DNA of 44,047 bases from Parasitella parasitica NRRL 2501 (lineage: Eukaryota; Fungi; Mucoromycota), in contig MU619290.1 in assembly GCA_025201805.1 (NCBI GenBank), forward strand, positions 154,635 through 198,681, written 5' to 3'. The notes beneath the pieces were generated by a model. That model worked only from the letters and a program-made list of their open reading frames with translations. It was not told where the DNA came from and did not search any database. Positions within the stretch are counted from its first letter, which is position 1. Every line of letters begins with the position of its first letter. Both the position numbers and the translations under genes were made by a program. This document shows, piece after piece, positions 38,400 through 44,047 of this stretch.

Positions 38400-40725
38400 G
38401 TGTTATTTTAACGCGATAAAGGCTTTCTCATTAAAATTCGAAATACACAACCGGAGACTTTTATAGACATAAGGCATGCTATCTCTAGTTGTATTAAAAC
38501 TAAATCTTGATCAATCTTTACCCACATAAATTGCTATAAAATCAGCAAAACTTTGTTTTCGCAGAAGTATGTCTTGACAGCTAATAAGATAGATTGGAAT
38601 TCGGAAAGCGTAATGAGATACAATTATTGTATTAGTATTAGGATGTATACTTGTCTTGGACCCGAAATCCGTACCTAAAAATGATTCTGAACGTTGACCC
38701 AAAGTTGAAAACTGAAAATCAAATATGAGGTTTGGGGTCAAAACATAATAGCAAAATCTGAAAAATAGCCGCCAGAGGTGTATAAAACTCGAATATGTTG
38801 TAAAATGCTGCAAAAAAAGAATATTTTGGCCGATGGTTGTGTCTCTATCGTTTGATAGTCTGTAAAGATATCAGAGATTGCAAATTTGGCCTTTAAGCGG
38901 GAAAAACGTAATATTTTAGATTGTGTGCTATCCAAAAATGAAGGTATATAAAATAGTTTTTGATTCCGTAATATGCAGTATCCCGGCAATTAATTCATAT
39001 TGAGACATACGCAAGTTACCTATTAGAATCATGCTTAGCTTTTCATTTAAAAATAGGTGTTGCACTCATTTACAGCCAAAAAAAAAAAAGACTGTAGATT
39101 GAATCTCAGCATTGTGTCCATTTGGCTCAAACCAAATTCGAGCTTTTTTTTGGATAGTTCATTGCTAGATATCTCAAGAACCTAATAGGTATATCGGATA
39201 TGCGTGCTGAGTGTTTTATAACTTAAATTAAATTCTGCATCCAACCATATAAATTTCAAGGCTATAGAAACACCTTTTTTTATTGCCAATTATTAATTAT
39301 TCGAAAAACGCCATTTTTGATACTTTTTGAGTAAAATCGAACATATTTTGAGCACTCCCAGCTCTATAAACTTGACCAAAAGGATCATCATGTCAATACC
39401 TACACACCAACATTTTTTTTACTGCTGTAGCTTTATTATATCTGCCAAAAATCAAAATCTTGTCTCGACCAAAATGAATCTACAATTTTCCGGCCTTATG
39501 TTTAGAGGGCCAAAATGAAGCCATTCAAAAGGGTAAAAATCAATTCCGTTTTTCGAGATTTTCTCGCTCAGAAATTGGTATTTTTTGACCAAACAAAAGG
39601 CATTCCGTAGCTATTTTTCAGCTCTATTTTTGTGTTGCCATATCATATATTTTGATATGCTATTTATTTCTCTAAAATGTATAAAAATAAATGAAGTCTC
39701 TGCTAAAAACATTTAAAAAAATATTTTTTTCGACATATCTATCTAACACTAATACAACTAGGAGAGAACCAAGTTTTAAAAATATTTTAGTAATTACTCA
39801 AGCCAAGTTACCATAATGGTTTATTGAGAAATAGACGGTCAAAGTTTAACGTAAAAAGACAAAACTGGCTCAAGCTTGTCAAATTCGAGCTTGAATACGA
39901 CATGTTTATTACCAGTATGTGTATCAAAACGTGCTTTATTACTTTACTTAGGAACTTAAACATGATTTAATTGCAAAATTTGGTACTTGTTATAGGAATA
40001 TATGCTGTAAATCTGCAAAATCTGCAAAATCTATTTTGGTAATATCTCAACAACAAAGATAGATATCGAGAATCGGAAGACGTGGTGAGAAATAGTTATC
40101 ATACCAGTAATTGGATGTATACTTGGCTTAGACCCGAAATCCGTGCCTAAAAATGACCCTGAAGGTTGACCCAAAGTTGAAAACTGAAATTCGAATTTGA
40201 GGTTTGGGGTCCAAACATAGCAAAATCTGAAAAATGGCCAGACGTGTATGAAACTCGGATATGTTGTAAAATGCTCCAAAAAATGAATATTTTGGCTGAA
40301 GGTTGTGTCTCTATCGGTTATTAGTTTGTAAAGATATCAGATATTGTAGATGATGCTTTTAAGCGGGGAAAAAGGTGATGGTCAAGGTTAGGCGCCATTT
40401 ATTCTAACCAAATCATAAAATTACATAAAAATAGCTTTTGAAGTCATATTTTACAACATCTTGGCTATTGATTCGTATCAAAACATAACCAGATTGTTTA
40501 TGGAGTTCATAATTTGCTCCTCAATTGAAATGGATGCTTCACTGCCAAAGGCCTTTATATAAAACATTAAATTGAAGCTCAGAAGTATGTTTCCATTGCA
40601 ACTTGCGTACATTCAAATTTTCATTGCTTAATATTTCGAAAAATAATAAATATAATATTGCATATGGTTGCTAAATGTTTTTTGTCAGCATTTAAATTCT
40701 GCATCAAACCATATTAATCCAAGTA
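38400..40725. repeat. Degenerate tandem duplication with ~1.46 kb period (about 38400-39270 vs 39840-40725)
   Basis: The best-conserved core, 38641-38906 vs 40113-40372, shares GGATGTATACTTG...GACCCGAAATCCGT...GTTGACCCAAAGTTGAAAACTGAAA...GGTTGTGTCTCTATCG...TTTAAGCGGG. AATTCTGCATC(C/A)AACCATAT occurs at ~39231 and ~40695. Confidence 0.88.
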
Positions 40726-42281
40726 GGTGATGTATATTTCAGATATTTCAATACAATAAAAAGAGACTTGTAATAATTCGCAGCTTTCAACTGTATCCGA
40801 AAAATAAAAGAAGTATCTCGTTTATTATGATATATATACAGGGTATTTATATCTTCAATTATTTACTACAACTGAGATGGTAGCTGTAATAACCAATAGA
40901 TTAATGTGATAGTATGTTGTCACTGTTGATGAACGAATAGAAAATACACCGTGTTATCATTGTCAATTGGTTTGATATGTTTCTTTGTTGAGATTGATTC
41001 AAGAATATGAGCTGATGTAACATATCAAATAGTTTGTTCGCACCTTGACATCCAGCATTTTGAAAAAAAGTAGCAAGGTTTAGCTTCATAACCTCTAGAA
41101 TCCAGGGCAAAAATGAGCAACAAACCTCTCATATTATCGTATATGTTCAGATACTGGGCACAAAATTATACTTGTAGCATCCCTAAATAAAAGAAGAGAT
41201 TTAGTTTTAGTGTATATTAATAAAGCAAAAAAAGCAGGCCAAAAAGTATTCAATACTACCTTGACATTGACACCCAAACGAAGCAATGCAAAAAAGTGAT
41301 TCATACATAGTATCATCTTTAGGTATTGTCTATATTCAGCAGTAAAGGAAGTCAGTCATTTAGTCGCTACAAACAATTTAATGCACATAGCACAATACCA
41401 TGCTCTCATATGAAAGATTGAACTAAGTAGCGCCAATTACAATATAATTGACAAAAGGATTAGTAGCTTGTTAGAATAAACTCGAATACATACCATGATA
41501 ATACCAAAACACAAAATATTTTGCGTATCATTTCTTCACACAAAGCTACACTTCAAGCTGTTTCTTAATGAAAGAGAAGCTAAAATTTCTTACGATAAAA
41601 CTACAGATACGTGAAGATGTTATTACTCTGTATAATGTACTTATATTTGGCACAAATGTGCTAATATTGTATGTTTTTTAAGTTGAAATACCAGTTTATA
41701 AAGTTGTAAAGCTAGTAAAAACAAAAGAAAAAGACCAAGGAGAGCTAACAAAGAAGCTAAAATACGCATTCGGTCATCACAATATGCAATGTTTTGGGCT
41801 AAGCATGCAGGAAGAAGCCAATGGAAAAACACCGCTACAAGAGGTCATCTCAACATTTGAAAGCAAACATGTACAAACAAAAAATATATACTTTATTCAA
41901 GTAAACTGCTACTGGTGCTAGCATTATTACCACCAGCGTCTTCTTCAACATCTTGAACAACACTTTGGTTAGAAATAGGTATTTCTTCGTCACTTTTTGC
42001 TTTCAGATGAACATTTGTATGATCTTGCGAGCATAAATAAACTTTTACTCAAAACAGATGCGATCTTTGGAACGCAATATATCAACGAATATTTGGTGGC
42101 AAATATTACTACTAGCACAAAAAAAACCAAAATGTCTCAGAAATAATATTATATCATTAAAAATGAGCTATCTCAACTTTTTTTTTATAAACGCACATTC
42201 TGTGGCAAAATTATTTAAGTTCTCACAAGCACATAAATACTTCCATGACCCTAATAATGTTCCCATTGAGCACATTTATGT

Positions 42282-43700
42282 TCATCGAGAACACCCAGGA
42301 GGCCATAGCGACAATGTAGCAGCCAAGATATAGTTAGTAATACCACTGCAGAAGTTAATATCGAAATCCATTTCGAAGATAGTATCATAGTAATTCTCAA
42401 TCATTCTATCTAATTTAGGTTGCGAATGGAAGAATAAAATACCACAATTATCGACAAATAAATGAAAGAAGAGGCGTCCATACAACCATTGATGGAACTT
42501 TTCAAATGCATAGACTACAGCAGCAAGTTTGCGCTTGGAGCTGCCCCATTGTTGCTCTGATGGACTTAAACTGCGTGCAATGAAGCCAAGATATTGGTCC
42601 TTTACTACCACAATGGCTTGGTACATCGCAGCGCCGATTGCATAAGCAGAGCTCTCTGTAACAACACAGATCGGATGTAAGTCAGGTACACTCAATACAG
42701 CTGAGCTTACTAATAATTCTTACAACTGTTCCATTAAAGCAGTGTGCTCTGGTTTCCATACTTTGGTAATGTCATGTGCATTACGCAGCTTATCTAGTGG
42801 TACTGTCAACACTGACAAGTGAGATAAATTGGACGTGAAGAAATTTATCAACCCGAGGCTTGAACTCAATTCACGGCTACTCTTGACAGTAGGTTGCCAA
42901 TCTAATGATATATACGAATAATTGCTATACAAATATATATATAGTTATAAATTGACAGATAGTATGTTTGCCGACTGTAAAAACAAAGAGATACTATTCA
43001 ATAATATAAAGTTCGTATAAAAGGACTAGTTCTCTGTAATATAAATAAATATACACTAGAGAGGAATTTATGTAAAATAACGTAAAGTTAAGTTTACGAG
43101 AGAAAAAGGTTGTTTATTATCAATGTTGACATATGCAAAGCATATGCAATTTGGTTGACATATGCAAAGCATATGCAATTTGCAGTAAGATCGATCAATT
43201 ACTATATAAAGATGTGTAACCAAAAATGTACACTACAGCTACTTGCACATATCACTAATACATTTGAAACCTTGTGTGGATTCAAAGCTAATCCTTCACT
43301 AGATAGGCAAAACCCTAAAATTTATATGCTTTTTCGGATAATAATATGCATTTTATCCGCATTTATACGTAAGTTCGCCTTTGTTAAACGTGCGATGACC
43401 TCTTTAACAATCTCTGTATGCTTTGGTAGATCGTTTTCTGTATGTATCGTGATATCATCAATAAAGTGGTGTGTACAATGAGCACTTAGATCAGCAAACA
43501 AATTAGAAAATATTTTCTGGGCGTACGAAGAGACCATAGTCAATCCGTATGGGCAGTGAGAGAAGGACCAAGTCAATGCTTGCATATCTGTAAACGTCAA
43601 ATAAGAACGTGAACGCTTCGCAACTTTAAAAGCGTGGAAACATTATTGTGATAAGTCGACCACAGTATAGAGAGAGTGCTTCGACATCTTTGTTATGCGC
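42282..43700 (-). mobile_element. Decayed Ty3/Gypsy LTR-retrotransposon pol fragment (RT plus RNase H)
   Basis: RT motifs YTVVDLSQ*CFH, CPYGL, FIDDITI and RLTKANLRIN; connection LGLINFF; RNase H VTESSAYAIGA, ARSLSPSEQQW...KRKLAAVVYAFEKFHQWLYGR and FVDN. Stops and altered catalytic residues are present. Confidence 0.92.
42906..43254. mobile_element. Solo LTR (349 bp) inserted in the Gypsy pol
   Basis: It begins TGATAT and ends ATATCA, and is flanked by a 4-bp TSD CTAA (42902-42905 and 43255-43258). Removing it restores the pol frame KVSNVLDWQP. Confidence 0.88.
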
Positions 43701-43809
43701 AGAGGATATATAAATATGATCTGCTCAAAAAAATGTATAACTTTATAAAAATAAAATCAGACACAAAAACTAATGACTTTATTGATAATGTTGTATCCAT
43801 ATAAAGGCT

Positions 43810-43877
43810 ACATATGTCATATCTAACTTAGTCATAACGCACGGATCATGATATTAATTGTTGATAATTCTTTTACA
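43810..43877. repeat. Second copy of the 68-bp repeat at 20865-20932
   Basis: Direct sequence match. Confidence 0.85.
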
Positions 43878-44047
43878 AATAAGGAATAAGCTACAAGTTG
43901 TAATTGGACCTCTTGCAAGGTTCCAGGCTTATTCAAAGAATACATCTAGATCAGATCGCGGGATGTCGGGAAGACATCCTACCCAATCTTCTCTTTAATG
44001 TAAAATAGAAAGATAGGTCTGTCCTGGAAATGCTGTGATTTAATAAG

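Noticed and set aside
38511-40279. Similar short ORFs (MQHFTTYSSF / MEHFTTYPSF) in the two tandem units
   Set aside because: They are by-products of the DNA repeat, with non-ATG starts, indels and no protein-like conservation.

Overview
This is AT-rich eukaryotic DNA, most likely from a Mucorales-type fungus. That assignment is inferred from the many ~50-75 nt GT-AG introns, compact intergenic spacing and gene families. Positions 1-5.1 kb hold two dead DNA transposons: a DUF6729-type putative DDE transposase carrying a degenerate WRN-like exonuclease module, and an internally deleted Helitron. Positions 5.5-34.5 kb are gene-dense. They encode a Pex24p/dysferlin-domain protein, arginyl-tRNA synthetase, MCM5, an Ala/Thr-rich protein, a 7TM-RGS receptor, a HAD phosphatase and a TMEM14 protein. 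They also hold a frameshifted triple-EH-domain gene, a spliced HNH-nuclease gene, a polyQ membrane protein, an orphan ORF and a C-terminally short GBF1/Gea Sec7 ARF-GEF, with DIRS and Helitron relics between genes. Positions 34.5-44 kb are gene-free: a 650-N gap, a ~1.46 kb degenerate tandem duplication, dispersed repeats, and a decayed Ty3/Gypsy pol split by a solo LTR with a clean TSD. I found no rRNA, credible tRNA or CRISPR array. No complete new multi-gene system is demonstrable. The best leads are the intact HNH-nuclease gene, the transposase-plus-dead-exonuclease element and a Helitron lineage with non-CTRR 3' ends. Family calls come from motif recognition by eye, not database searches.
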